Numbered from the stretch's first letter, positions 36,679 to 51,059 are shown. The stretch: DNA of 64,000 nucleotides from Gnetum montanum (GCA_015680685.1 MNCI01002855.1:251524-315523), one strand, 5' to 3'. Notes: generated by a model from the sequence alone, not told the origin. Made by a program: numbers and translations.

Positions 36679-39600
36679 GGGTTAGGTTATGGGAGAAAAT
36701 TACTAACACATTGCATTTACAACATCCAATTTGGGAAGGTGGGAGTCTTCAAAGGTATTTAAAGAACTATTAAATATCTGTTGTCACATAAGGCCATTTA
36801 ATGGAGCATGCTTCATGAAGTTAAGTGCAGAAAATTTGATCAAGTAAAAACAAAGGAAAGTTATTGAAAAATATCACTTTTCTTTGAAATTGGTTTGATC
36901 CATGGTTTTGGGGTTTTGAGAATGTGAACTTTTGTGAGTTTGTGCATCTAGGAACAAACTAATGCTTCCTTTGTTATGCTGGAAAACAAGGATAGAACAA
37001 GGAGTGTAAAGGCTTAGTTTATCGATGCTATTTCTTTTTAAAAATAAGAAATAGGTATTTGTCGAGAGCAAAAACTTATCAAACTAAGTTGAGTCTTTTG
37101 TGCATAAAACACGAGAGATATAATGATGTTGGCACATTCAATATATACACGATAGGCTACGTTACCTTGACATCAAAGTTGACTTGAATTTGCTAGATGA
37201 AAATCTTACTAAAATGCTACATTTGTTACCTTGTTCCAAGTACAAAGTTCTTCATAAACAACTTGACACAACAATTATGGCTTTCACTAACTATTTTGAG
37301 TTCAACATGAAGTTTACTCACGTAATGAGAGTTTAGATTCCACTTCCTCCTCTAGATGAAAGGAAGAATTGAAACTCATTGAAGAGGTGAATCACAACAA
37401 ACATCTTGAATCACAATGGATAAAGATGAAATTGATATGTTAAGTGACATGAAAGATATGTATGGCTGGAATTATCTGGTGCAAATTAAAGTGGTTAATA
37501 TGCAATTTTAAAAGAATATATATCAAATTCTATTATGAAAGTTCATGGCAAAGCAAGTTTGATTTTAACCCATAACGTCATCTTGGAAGCAATGTTGTAA
37601 AATTGGTTCATGAATTCCAAAAGGCTCGTTTTAGGGTAGCCAAATGAAAGCAAGCAAGAATCTTATTGGTAAATGTATGAGCATTTAATTTGATTTTTAG
37701 TTAAATAGATCCACGAGAGGCATATCCCACAATCATGCAATTCCATGGCATAGTATTTCTAAGAGCCAATTAATCAAATACCACCTATCACCAAACAAAT
37801 ATCATACCCATTTCTACTCTCAATCATCTTCTTGAAAACATAAGAACACGCCCTACGATAGGTTCAAACAGAATACAGAAGAACATGCCCTAGGTAAGCT
37901 ATGATAGGTTCAAACAGAATATTGGACATTAGTTAAGTAAAAGTGTACATTGAACTAGTGGGATTGGTGCAAGCAATGTCTCAATGTCAAGATTGTTCTC
38001 GTCGTTTCCCTTGTCATTTGCAAGGTTGACACTATTGTCAAGAAGATCCTTCTTTACCAATGCATTGTTGACTCCATAGGTGGGAGTAATAATAGTGACG
38101 AAGGAGCGTAGAACAACGACAAGAGCCTAAACAATAGGTATAGGAGATGGTGTGTACCAAGGGTTTTGGAAATATTTGTAGCAAATGGAGCACATGGCAT
38201 TGCATGTGGTAAAGGTAGAAAATTGATGTCTGGCATGATGAATTGCAAGACAATGGTAATAATGCAAATGGTAGTACAAGACAACATGCGTAAGTGTGAA
38301 CCTCTTAGGTGTTACATGAAGGAATAATAGGAGAACGGTGCAAGGGTTGCGATAGGGCAATCGTGGGTATTGCTACCAAAAATCTTGTACAAATGTTGCT
38401 TGATGTAGGCATCACATTTTCCATTAATGATTTCTACGACTTTATTCTCTAGAATTATCTAGGCCAAAATATCAAATTGCAATTTATAAAGTTTACGCAG
38501 ATGTTACAAAATTACAAGACAAATTTAGTCGTTGAACATCCTTGAAAATGTATCACATAGCATAGCCAATCCAATAAAGGTTTTTATAATATGTTTATAT
38601 AATGGATTTAAAAAGAGGAGAGCTTAAACTTCCCATGGAAGTTGTAACTTCTTATGGAAATATAATATGATATTTGTAACTAAGAGGACACTTGCCAACC
38701 ATTGCACATATTTCTTAAATTTATCATAACTTCTATGGAAGTTATAACTTCCTAGGGTGGTTATAAATTAATCCCCTGGATAATTGTAACCCACCTCAAC
38801 TTTTCATGATTATCATTATAAAAGGGGCTTTAAGGGTAAATTAAGAAAGAAAGGGGAAGGGATTGGGAAAAAGACAATTGAAGATTACTTGTAAGATGGC
38901 TTGCGAAAGACATTAATTCGGTTGCTTTGTTTTAATTTTGTGAGTTCATTTCTTTCCATTTTGTTTTAGTTACTTAGCTAATGGTTTAGATAGTATATAT
39001 TAAGATTTGCCATAAAAGAGCTTATGTTGTCCAAAAGCTTTTAAAACAATTTAATAGTAATGTCTTAACAAAATTGCTTGTTTTGAGCATAGAGGATATA
39101 GGAAAATCTTTGGTATTTTGAGGTGATTAAAATAGCTTTGTTGTTTTAAAGTGTATTACCTTGGTATTTCAATCATGAAATTGTCAAATTTTTTAAGGCT
39201 TTGTTGAATGTAATTCTTAACAACTATTAATTAGCCAAAATAGAGAGTCATACTTTGTCATTTACGCAACATTTTTGGTAATATAATGAGATTGTTTTTA
39301 CAAAATTGCTTGTTGAGCTCAGAGGATTTGGACAATTCATAGTTAGATTGAATTGGCATAGCTTTATTGAGAAGTGTTTTATCATGTTAATTTATCTTGC
39401 TTAAATATTTAAGATTTCACATAAATTTGCTTTCTTTTCTTTCTCTTTCTAAGTCCATTGAACCTCACTCTATTTCTAGTTTTCTTGTGGAATTCTCTTT
39501 GGGGAAAATTAAGAGTAGATTGGTAGAATTGTGCTCAAACGTTTTTGCAAAATCTTATTTGTTACAAGTAACATATTATAAAGACCATATAGACTAAATG

Positions 39601-42600
39601 ATTAAACAAAATAGGAATCTTTAACAACTCATAGTATTTGACAAAGTTAGTTGAATCTCTTTTATGATAGTTGATTATAGTTTTATACACAACCTAACCA
39701 TTTCAACATTTGCAATAGCAAACATATACTCATGATTAGTTCATTTTATTACTATTGAGTCTATTTGGAGGTATTTAGGCCTTAGTGTTGCCAGAGACCA
39801 GCAAGCACTTAAACCCTATTTGAAGAACACTTTCGATCTCATGATCCTTGGTCATAAAGGTGGTGGTCCCAAACAGTTGTCAACAATATCTTGCTCTTAG
39901 CATACATTTAGTTGGATTTTTATATACATGGAATGATGTCTAATTTGTGAAACTAAAATTGTTTTTAATTAAATTCAAGACCTTGTGGATCCTTTAAGGT
40001 AGGCTAGTTTTAACAATCTTTTACATAATTTTTGAATATCTTAGTGGTAGCATGTTAGGATCAAACCAATGAATTGTAGAATGCAAGGTGCATGCTTTGC
40101 TTAGCAAGTTATTTGACTTAATATCTCTAACTTAAAACTTATTGGTTGACTACTTAATAAATTTCTAATTTTGTCAATAACTCAATGTTTTTATAACATC
40201 CAAGAAATTGGAGTAGATTAAATTGCCCAAGATGTCTTATAATGTGTTATTTTACTTTCTTTTTTAGTGGCCCTACCATTTCTTATGTAGTGGTGGTAGT
40301 GTATCATCATCATTTTAACCTTGTTTCAACAAAATTGGGTCAACTTAGTATTGTTCAACTATAATTAAAAAATTAAACTAGCTTGGACATATTGTTCTAG
40401 GCATATTCTTAATTATTGCTTAACCCTCAAAAACTATAATTGAAAAATTAAGCACATTTAACATAGTTGATAGGACAATGTAAAGGTTGTAAATTTAAAC
40501 TTTTTTCTATTGGATTTACCTTATTATTTTTATTTTTTCCTGTTTGATTCTAGAACCCACATTTTGGGTCCTAATTTAAGTGTCACAGATATGATATGTT
40601 GTTAATTCTAAGTAATTTATATGCAAAATAATCATGTTTTGAAAATTTATAAACTCAATTGTAAAAATTAAGGGAGATTTCAAGGTTTTGGAACATGACT
40701 TTGGATAAAATTTAGTGTTTGATTATAGCATGATGCCTTGATGAAGAGCAAATCAAGAATAGAAGTTGGATTGCTTTGCTCAAGCTTTTCAATCACTCTG
40801 AACTTGCTTTGCATTTGATTCCTTTTTTTTTTTTGTATGTTTTTAACATTTAATTTTACATTGATGTTGATCCCATTGCTGCTATGGTTCTCCATTTAGG
40901 AGCTCATGCAAGAGAAGTTACTACTACTTTTTCTTGCTAGAGTTAACACCATGATCCTAGTTAGTGTGAGACATTGAAAAACATGATGTTTTAGCACTAA
41001 CAACAAAAGCTACAAACATTGCCATTACTAAAACTACAATTATTATGCTCACGTACACCACACATACAATTCTTGCTTTGGAATAACACTATTGTTTGTG
41101 TTATTGCAAATCTATTAGGCTTTGTAGTGAGGTGCTTAGGAATTTATGGCTATTAAATTGGAAGAACTTGAGCAAAGAAGTTCCTTTGTTGATTTATTTC
41201 CTTTCTTATGTTTTTAACATTTGATCCTATATTTTGGATTTCACTTTGTTCTAAGGTAGCATTAATAGGTAATTTACACCTTTTTCATGTTGACATAGGA
41301 GATTCTAGCTTGTTGAAACTACTCTATTATAGGAATTTTAATTTTATGAACCATTGTGTAATTTGGGCTAAGTAATTTGATTAATATGTTAAAAATTATT
41401 TTCCGTGAGAAATCTAAACTATTTTTTACTACATCCATGCAAAGATTATAAATTTAGCAAGGTACAATTTGATTTTTTTTGGTCAAGAGGCCAACACGTC
41501 TAGCATCATGGTTAGTGGGAGTGGGGTGAAGTTTGTTGCCATTGCCACATCATGCCACATCAGATCCCATAAAATGGGAAAATATGTGATGGAAAGGCCA
41601 ATTTGTGTGTTGCAGATATAGCGAAGCCTATCCACGAACTCTGTAGGCCGCTAAGCCTGTCAGCACTCTATTGTGGTCATGCCCTGTCCATGCCATCATC
41701 ATGCCCATCCATGGCCACTACATTCATCAATGTGGTCCCATAGGGCACTAGGCAGAGACATGGTAGCACCCAAATGCCTTCTACTCTTGGGAAAGGACAA
41801 CTAGCAATGAGGGTCATGCAATATTGACTTGGCCACCCTGCATGCGGCCAGGTCCACAAGCACTTTGTAGTGGTCACCTCTGCGATTTGAATTGATGCCA
41901 TGATGTTGACGGTGCCCTTGACTGTGGCAACCAAGAGGTTGATGAGCACACAAAACTCTGTGAGTGCGACAAGGGTCTCAAGGATAACAGCCTCAAAGCA
42001 GTTGCATGTAAGCGCCATTAGTTGTAGTCTTCGGCATTGCCCTAGCGTGGGAGGCATGGGGGCGAGAAGAACCGTCGTAACCATACATGCACAACAATGG
42101 GCAAGTAGCAATGGCGGTAGGGTGCATGTGGGAGGGTGGCGTGTTTGGTAGTGGCGGTGGTAAGGAACCAATCTGATCTGTCACCAAATATATCTCATGG
42201 TGGTTTAGGGCGATGAACTAGGAACGAAGTCCAATTCGTCTTTTGAACCAACAAATTAATTGGTACATAATAGAATTGATTCATCGACGAAGAAAAGCCC
42301 AACTCCTTGATCAAAGTAATCCCTTGTGGGTTCCATCCCCAATGGGAGTTAATTAGTTGATGAAAACTCATATCTATCTCTCTTGACTATAAATCATAAT
42401 CTTGTTATAACTGTCCCTCTTACGAGGAACTCTTTTATTTTTAGGCAGATTGAGAGGATAGAGAGAAAAACACAGAGCTTGAACAAAGAGAGCAGATTAC
42501 AAAGCTAGCTTTAGTCGAGAGAAAGGTGAGTAAGGCTGCATAAAGAATAGGATTGATTTAGGCTCCTTCCCTTTGCCATGCTAGCAAGTACTAAAAGTAT

Positions 42601-43169
42601 TCTTAAAAGGTGGTTGACTGCCTTTGCGTAAGCATTCAAATCAGTAAAAGTTTATGGAAGGTTTGAATGCATGAACTAATTTGCTTCATGAAGGAAGCAA
42701 AGAGGCTAGTTAAAAGTAAGTTGCTAGGTCTCTTCACTATGAATCAAGAATCTGGGATGGACTTGTATCTGATGTATTGCCATTGTGCATTATAAATGAA
42801 TTGGTAATAGAAAAATATATATAGTTAATTGTAGGTTATAGAAGATGATTCCAAGTCTACATGCTCAAGAATAAAGGTATCATGATGATTTGACTATTTT
42901 TACTTGTAATAAGTGCATTTTCTTATTTATTTTTTAGCATGATTAGATTATCTAAGTGGTCCTTCTTTTGTTTATTATGCACTCTAAAACTTATAACATG
43001 AGCATTCTACATGAGTTTGGGCTAAACATTATTCTCTATAGTTATTTGCACATTGATTACCATTTCAGAAACAAAATTCTAATGCGAATTAATTAAAATG
43101 ATACTATTTCTTTAATCTTTAATCTTTGAAAAATTAATTATAACTTGACTATAAATTTGGTACAAGTGT

Positions 43170-44076
43170 TGATGAGCGTTGAAATACCTCTATGCCCAAC
43201 CATACGAATCACAAGTGTTCATGCATGATTCGATCGAATTTTATGGATGGGACTAGTTGTGGCATCTAGATTGCTATGCCTTAATTGTAGTTCGTTGTCT
43301 TTCCACTTGGACTAGTGGTAGCTTTGTCACGTATGGTTTAGTCCAGAGTGAGGCATATGATTTTTATTATTTTATATTTTATTGTTCTATGATTAACAAT
43401 AGGTTGAAACTCAATTTATAATCAATTCAACTAATCTAATTGCTAATTAATAATAAATTACCCTAGCATAAATATCTGATCCCACTTTTTGTGCACATCT
43501 TGAACACATATAACGTTGCCAAGTTACCAAATGTTAAGCACTATTGGGATTACCAAGAATCATGCATGTTCAAAGCAATTGTACTTATGTGCTTAATTAA
43601 TTAACATGTATGAAAATGTAAATATTAACCAAGTACATAAAAATTAAATTGCATAGAAAGTAAATCTAATCTAAGTCAAAGTGCTATAATGAATAAGAAT
43701 CAATCCTGATCTTATTGTTGTTCATGGAATATGTCTAGGTACATTGCCACTCGAATTAGACTTTGTACAACTAACTTAGATCCACTTTGTGGGCACTTAC
43801 TAACTGTTCTATAATATTACGGAATAAAATTGCAAGAATTCGATTACTCTATTGACAAAACTATGAAAAATTAATGCAAAACTCTCTCAAAACGAGAGCC
43901 TAGGCATTATATTTATAGGCCAAAGTATCTACCCCAATGTCAGATACATGATGCAATAGGCAAGCCTTGATGTTGCATACTTGATGTTGTGTACCCAATA
44001 TCATAGTAGATAAAAAACAACGATTCATCAAATGTTAGGGCTCTGATGTCAAGGCTAGGCAAATCATGATTCATCA
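43170..44076 (-). repeat. 3' LTR of the outer element
   Basis: TGATGA...TCATCA; collinear with 57352-58148; PPT complement tacccccatgattgaat adjacent. Confidence 0.93.
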
Positions 44077-45442
44077 TACCCCCATGATTGAATAAAATAT
44101 TGGGAAGGTATGGGATTATTGATTGATCTGCAAACTATTGATTGACTTTGAGTGTTACATTACTCAAGTGGATGCATACAAAATGACAGTGTGACAAAAA
44201 GACTGGACAAACATTGAAAATTACAAAATTTGTAAAGGTCTTTAAAAATCTGTTGAAGATGATTCTTCTTGTCATTAGCAGCAGTAAACTTTTAACCTTG
44301 ATTGTTATGTTAGTGCTTCTCTGGTTATGTAGAACCTTCTTGAAGGATGGACTGAAATTTCTTCTCATTGCCCCATGGATCTAGTAATCATGCGAAGCTT
44401 GAGCTGCTATCTTGTATGTGCTATGATGTGTCCATGGTCATATCCTCTATTGTCCCTCTCCTGGCTTTGTTTTCGTGCCCAGCAAAAGAGCTTCTTCCTT
44501 AGATGTTTCTTTTAACATCACTTGTAGTCACCAAAGGATCAACATTAGCTATGGTAAATTTTCCTTAATAGTTAATCCTTGTTGGATCCCTTAGTTTTCA
44601 TTTAAGCACAAGGTGATTATAGCATATTGTATCCAAGGCTATGAGGTAACTACAATCATTAAGTTGTTCACATTGTTTTGATCAATTACTATTAGTTACC
44701 ATGATGTTCAAAGATAGGATGTTAGAAAAATTTCAAAAATGTTAAAGTAGGCATCCTTAGCCCCCATGACTAATAAGCGTAACTCTAGAAGCACATAGGT
44801 TTTTGAATAATTGAAACCAAAGGTCTAATTCAGAAGATGGCTAAGGAATATTAATGTATATGGATATAGAAAAGTAGGAAAAATTAATGAAATAGATAAG
44901 AAGTAGTCCCAAAAACATGCATAAATTCAAAGAAACCATCATTGATGTTCTGGAAGATATGAAGGTTAACTCAAAGCCATGATTAACAAAAGTTATGCAA
45001 GTGGGTTCTCCCCAAACTAGGCTTTTGCCATAATGCCCTTGCAAAACCACTTTTATAGATGTCCGTGGGCACCTGAGAAGTTAAATGTAGACCATGCCTT
45101 TGTTCCAAACAACACACAACTATCGTTTGTAGGATGTTGCGCTATACTACACAAAACCAAAAGGCTCATAATCGCATGTAGTAGTGAGGTGAATAATGGA
45201 ATGAGAAGCAATTGTAGAGATCGGGATGTAATGTATTTTGACCATGTCCACAATAGGTTCTTGTGACAAGTGTGATTAAAATGATCAACATAGCTATTTA
45301 TCCAAGTTCAGATCAAGTTCATACCATAAATGATGACCTTGCATTGATGTGTTTCATCCTACCAACCACCATTAGTTCAGAACCACCTCAAAGAATGATC
45401 ATCACTTCAAAAAGAGAAGAAAGGAGAAGACAAAAGGAAGGG

Positions 45443-46168
45443 TGATGAGTGGCGAGGTACCCCTACGCTCAACCATACGAATATAAGCATGTACGCGCAA
45501 TTTGGTCGAACTCTGTGGATGGACCAGTTGTGGCACCTAGATAGTTATACGTTGATCGTAATTCGCTGTCTTCCCACCTGATAATAGAAAAGATAAATTG
45601 ATTAAACTAATAATGGAAGAAAACCCTAAATTAGGCTATGGTGATGGTATCTGTCCTTAACAATGCGTACACATCTTGGACTTCGTGAGATTACTGTTAG
45701 GCATGCCAAGTATTCGCATTAAATGCTTGTGATTAAGGCATACACATTCCGCTTAATGACAGGAAAAGTAAATAACAATAAATTGAACTACTAACTAAAG
45801 AAGGTATTAAATAATTAAAACAACAAAAATTAATCTAAGTGAATGCTGCAATGATGAAAGTAATCTCGATCTTTATTACCGATCATGCATGTGTCCAAGT
45901 ACGTCACACTTGAACAAAGGTGCCGTGCAATTACAAACGTCACACTGTGGGCATGCATTGGGAATAACTAGCTTGAAAGAAAGAAATTAAAAACTAAAAA
46001 CTAAATTGCCAAAAGAACTAGAAAGAAAAGAACTTCTCTCTCTCCTCCCCTCTCAATTGTGCGCTTGAGTGCTGTATTTATAGGCTAACACAGGAATCAC
46101 GATATCATGTATACGATATCGTATCTAGGCCACGATATCGTGTGGGCTTGGCAAACCACAATTCATCA
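45443..46168 (-). repeat. 3' LTR of the nested element (~80-bp internal deletion versus the 5' LTR)
   Basis: Termini TGATGA/TCATCA; collinear with 53662-54459. Confidence 0.93.
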
Positions 46169-46336
46169 TACCCCCACAATTGAATAAAAACTCATCCTTG
46201 AGTTAATACAATGAGAGATGGGCTCCTTACAAAACATTATGAAGGTATGGGATTATTGACTACTATTGACTAACCATGCCACAGTGTGGGAAATACAAAA
46301 CTTGGACATAAAACACAAAATACAAAATGTTGGAAC

Positions 46337-49104
46337 TTATGTGGTTCCTGGAGGTGGTGGCTCCCCCATTGGTGCTTTCCCTTTGTCTAGTACTACAGGC
46401 TTCTAAGATTATTGATGTGTGAAAAGTGCCTGTAGTTTCTCTTCTTCTGTCTGAGGATCATGCATAGTCCATGCTGATGTCCTAATGTTTGATGGAGCTA
46501 GCACCTCCCATGGATATGGCAGCTGTGGAAACATCTGGTTCGCTTTGACACATCACGCAACAAACTACCATCATTCCTCCTCATAGGCTTTGGCTTTATC
46601 TTGTAATTCATGGTAATTTGTTAGCCGTTGAGCCAAATTTGCTACTAGATCTCTTTGATCATGGTAGCTTGCTTTGACCACTTCTAATTTAGAGTTTGCA
46701 ACTTCTAATTTTTGCAACGTTTTCTTATGTTTGGCAAACTTTGTTTCATACTTAGCATAAGTGGTGGCTACCTGTTTCTCAAGCTCATTCCTCGGGTGCT
46801 CTGCTATTAACATGGCTAAGTTAGCATATCACAGATTTGCCAACTCCATGTACTCTCTTAAGTTTTGAATTTGCAAGTCCTAGCTTTTCAATTCCACTTG
46901 GTGGGCGAAGACATATGTATCCAATATGGCTCACCAGTCAGTGTATTGAGCACTGAAAGAGTTAATGTGAATCTTGGCTATATGGATCTCTTTTTCGATT
47001 ATTTCTTTGTACATTCCACCTGATCACGGAATTTCTCTTTCAACTTCTCATGCTTCTTGGCCTCATTCTACCATGCACTGATCTCTATTGCCATCTTTTA
47101 ATGGATGGTATGGACCTCCTCCATAGAAGGGGTTCTATTTTCCCTGGCTAAGCAATTCGTATCTTGGTTGACCCGTATTAATTGTTCTCGCATCTGTTGA
47201 AAACTTTCTTCGAGAACATTCTTTTGTTTCTCAATTGCCGTCAACTAAAGATTTTCAGTAGCAAGTTATTTATTCTCTTCTTGTAAGGCATTGAGAGCCT
47301 TAGCATGTGCATACATTTAAGCTTGTGCCTTGGAAGCATCCCAATCAGCCTATTCTTTCTCCCTTTTTATTCTCTTCCAATAATTTATTTAGTTGCTCAT
47401 TTTTGAAAACATTTAGTTGGTCAGCAACAATGAATTGGGAAGGTTCTCTTCGTTTAGCTTGTAGGGTGACGAGCTTTTCATGTCATCTTTGTAGTTCCAC
47501 TTTCGCATGCTTGGCCCTAACTTCAGCCATGACCAATTTTCCTTTAGTTGAAGTGAGGTCTGATTGTATTGCTGTGACATCTTGAGGGATGTCAAATAAT
47601 GAAGTCATGACTTGTCTTGTTTGCAGCAAGGGATTCAAAACATTCTTATGTTTTGCAGGAGTCATTGAGGAATCGACCAAAATTTGAGCATCATGTGCTC
47701 TCGTGAAATCTGCTAGTGGCACAACAGGGATATTAAAACATTCTTTGATGTGGTCTACAACCACCTCTGCTGTGCCTGCCACATCCTGGTGCTACATGAC
47801 CACAATTGTGGCACCTTCATCAGTTTCTAATCTGACGTGGAAGGATGTGGCATTCCCAGAGATCTACTAAGACCATTGGGACTCTCTTTCTGAAATTAAT
47901 GAAATGTGTCCACTCACGAGGTTAGCTAAAACAATGGACTGCACAACATCGTCAATGACCCTGAATAAATTCTTGGCATCATGACTCTCCAATTAATTGT
48001 CTCAGTAATGGTTCTGAGGTGACTAATGGACGATCAATAGTCTTGTTGTGGCGATGGTGATTGTTGGACTTGTTGGCTTGTGGGTTGTGTGTTGAGTCCT
48101 GCTTCCTGTTGTTGGCTAGGCCCTGCTGTTTGAGGCACAGTGGGCCCAGCTATTTGCTCGTTTTCTTGCTCTGATTGCTCGCTAACGTCTTTTCTTAGCA
48201 CTGGTGGTTTGAGTAGTTCAGCATACGAAGCATTTTGGGCTTTTCTAAGAACATCATTCGTATAACCCAAAATTTCAGCACGTCTACACAGCTTCTTGAT
48301 GAGACAAGGGAAAGGCAAGGCAAGCTTCCTTGTTTTTCTTTTTTTGAATTACCTTAGTATTTCCGCCAAATATACATGGGGCAAATTTGCATTAAATTTT
48401 CCCATCAAAATCGCACTACCCCACGTCACATAAGTAGATAGTCTATTTAAGCCTTTGGTGGGGAAAATGTGATAAGTGCCGATCTTGAAGTAAATCCTCT
48501 CTTTCAAGGTCAGTTCTTCATAAGTTTTATTTTCTTTGTCGTAAGCCCATTTCAACCATAACTTTCTTGCGTTCGCTTCTGAGCGAGTGGATAAATGAGC
48601 AATCTTTGATCCTTCATTTGGAAGATTCAAGACCTCTACAATGGCCCTTGCAGAGAAATCAGTGAGAACGCCACCTACATTGGCAATGGTGCTTTCTTCC
48701 TTGCCATGCTAGAATTGGTATGTCTCACCCAAATACCAGTCACCACTTTCCAAGAGAATAGGCCACAATGGAGATGCCTTAAGTTGAGTTTTTATTGGTT
48801 CGAGGTTAAACTTGGTGAAAGGCCTAAAATTGAGCTACATGATCACGGCTGAGAAGGTGGACTTCTCCTGAATGACTTGGAGACATTCTGGGGACAACAT
48901 GAGACATTGCCTTGGTTTTGGGGCTCTAACTTCTCCACCTTCTGCGTGGCCAAATTACACTATTGCAAGGGTTTCCTGATGAATGTTAAATGAGTGTGCT
49001 TCCTACTCTACATGTTCTACGTGAGGTCCCTGGCCTCTGCCTCCTCTTGGGCATTTAGCTACTCCTTGCGAAGGTCCTGCTCGATCTCCTCTTTTTGGGA
49101 CCAT
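46337..49104 (-). pseudogene. Accessory ORF, copy 2 (~920 codons, several stops), same sense as gag
   Basis: MVPKRGDRAGPSQG start after ttgattacAG; KLWLKWAYD...ERIYFKI...PFPCLIKKLCRRAEI; Q/P/T linker; coiled coil; C-terminal FPQLPYPWEV...AWTMHDP...KGKAPMGEPPPPGTT*. Confidence 0.85.
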
Positions 49105-49648
49105 CTGTAATCAAACAAAGATCAATTGTTACTAAGGTTGTGTAGAGAAATGTTTATCAACTCATACCTTACTCATTGCCTTAGTTCACAATCCATAATT
49201 ACATAGTGTGATTTTAGAGTTAGAAATATTTCTGAGAAGTGGCTCTAAAAGGTGTTATTGTTGACCTTACATCATTGGGTTTCATCAATTTCTTTACATG
49301 TGGCACTTACAATGGTTTGGGTGGCCTAGGTGATTAATGAAAATTAACTTGGCATTTAACATAAACTGTTTCTTTAGTAAATATTGAATTTCTTACCCTT
49401 ATGATATCCTTCGGATGATAGCAAATTTCAATAAAAATATGCACACTTCCTACTACAGTATCCCCCCACGACTAAGTGGAACACTTCAGGTTCAAATAGG
49501 ATCAGATAGAATTGAAATTGGAATGTTAGGGAGCTAAATATTGCACTTGGAAGATGGAGAGGTAAAGCTCTAAGTCGCAAAGGAAAATTTCAACAACTTC
49601 CCTAATGGCAAATGAAGGAAATGAACGTTGAAGTAGGTGGGGTCGTAA

Positions 49649-49697
49649 CTATATATAGGTAGGCAAGACCTGATATCATGTATCCGATATCGATATT
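49649..49697 (-). promoter_or_regulatory. Putative internal promoter (LTR-U3-like GATATC module + TATA) upstream of the accessory ORF
   Basis: gatatcatgtatccgatatcg (49672-49692) matches the LTR sequence gatatcatgtatacgatatcg (46101-46121) at 20/21 positions. On the minus strand it is followed by cctatatatag, as the LTR copy is followed by cctataaata. Confidence 0.6.
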
Positions 49698-51059
49698 GCG
49701 TCCCCATCGACATGCACTAAATGTAGGGACTAAGTAGAAATAATGAATTTTTGATATTTAATGGAGGATTTGAGATTAAATTGGAAGGTCTAGGGTATTT
49801 GGAAAATTAATTTTGAGGCATTAGAAGTGTCATGGTGGAGTCATATATTAAAATTTGTGAAAAGGGGCTAGGGCGAAGGGTGTATAGTAATTGTTAAGGA
49901 ACAATTGATTAAAATGATAAGGGAAAGGGTAATTTTCTTAAGTGAGTACTCGAAGGATGTAAAATAATGCAATTGTGTGTAATAGGGACAAGTTACAAAA
50001 GTTACACAAGTGGATCCTCCCTAAAGTAGGCTCTAGTCTATGATGTCCTTATGGAACCACACCTCTAATGTCTATGGGGGCATTAGAGAAGTGGAATGCA
50101 ACATATACCTATGAACAAAACACACATGTTAGAACCACCAAGTTGAGATAATAACTCTACATTACACCAACCACAAGTTATGAACATTTGGACAATGAGA
50201 TGAGATGGATTGCAGAAGGGATCACAAAAATCAGGGCATGACGTTTCTAATGATGGTCACAATGGAATCTTATGTGTAATTAGTGGTTAAATAACCATGT
50301 GTTTGGCTTTCCAAGTTTCAGACCAAGTCCATACCACATTGCAGTGACACCGCATCACTTCATCCCATTGACAAACAACCATGAATCTACTAGAGTTGCA
50401 AGGAGTAACATCACTTAGTGTTTTGTTCAAGAGAGGAGCAAGGGGAAAGCGTCATGGTGGCACACTTTTATTATTATTATTATTATTATTTTGATGGCTC
50501 TATGAAGCCACCTACCTTCAAGCATGGGTACATGTCTTTCCAGTGGGATCCATAGAAGCTTATTCAGTGTCATTTTGAGTTGCTTTGACTTCCATTTTTC
50601 GTTAGATCCACAAGGATATAGTTACAACCTTGGCAACACGATAGAACATACCAAAGTAGCCAAAGAGAATCTATGAATCCCCTTGATGTCACACCCTTGT
50701 CATTCCACCTTGGTCCTTCACTCATCTCTCCAGACACAATGATTATCAAATTATTTATAGTTGGATGATGACAAAGATTACCATTGTGACCAGAGCATGA
50801 ACCTCTTATTAATGGAATAGGTGGATGGATGTTGTGGTCTCAATGTCAGAATAATCAATCCCTTATGACTAGGCAACATAGAGAAAAACCTCACCTTAAT
50901 GGAAAACATGATCAACTTATTCATAGTCGAGATTACAATGGAAAATTGAAAACAACAATTAGAAAAAATAAAAGAAATAGAGAAATGATAAAAAAATTGT
51001 AAAATAAAAAGATAAAATAACACTTAAGAATCTTGGAAATTAGAATGGAGGTGACCCCA

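Noticed and set aside
42200-42760. Possible organellar insertion
   Set aside because: No recognisable mitochondrial or plastid gene in the frames I read; cannot be supported without a search.
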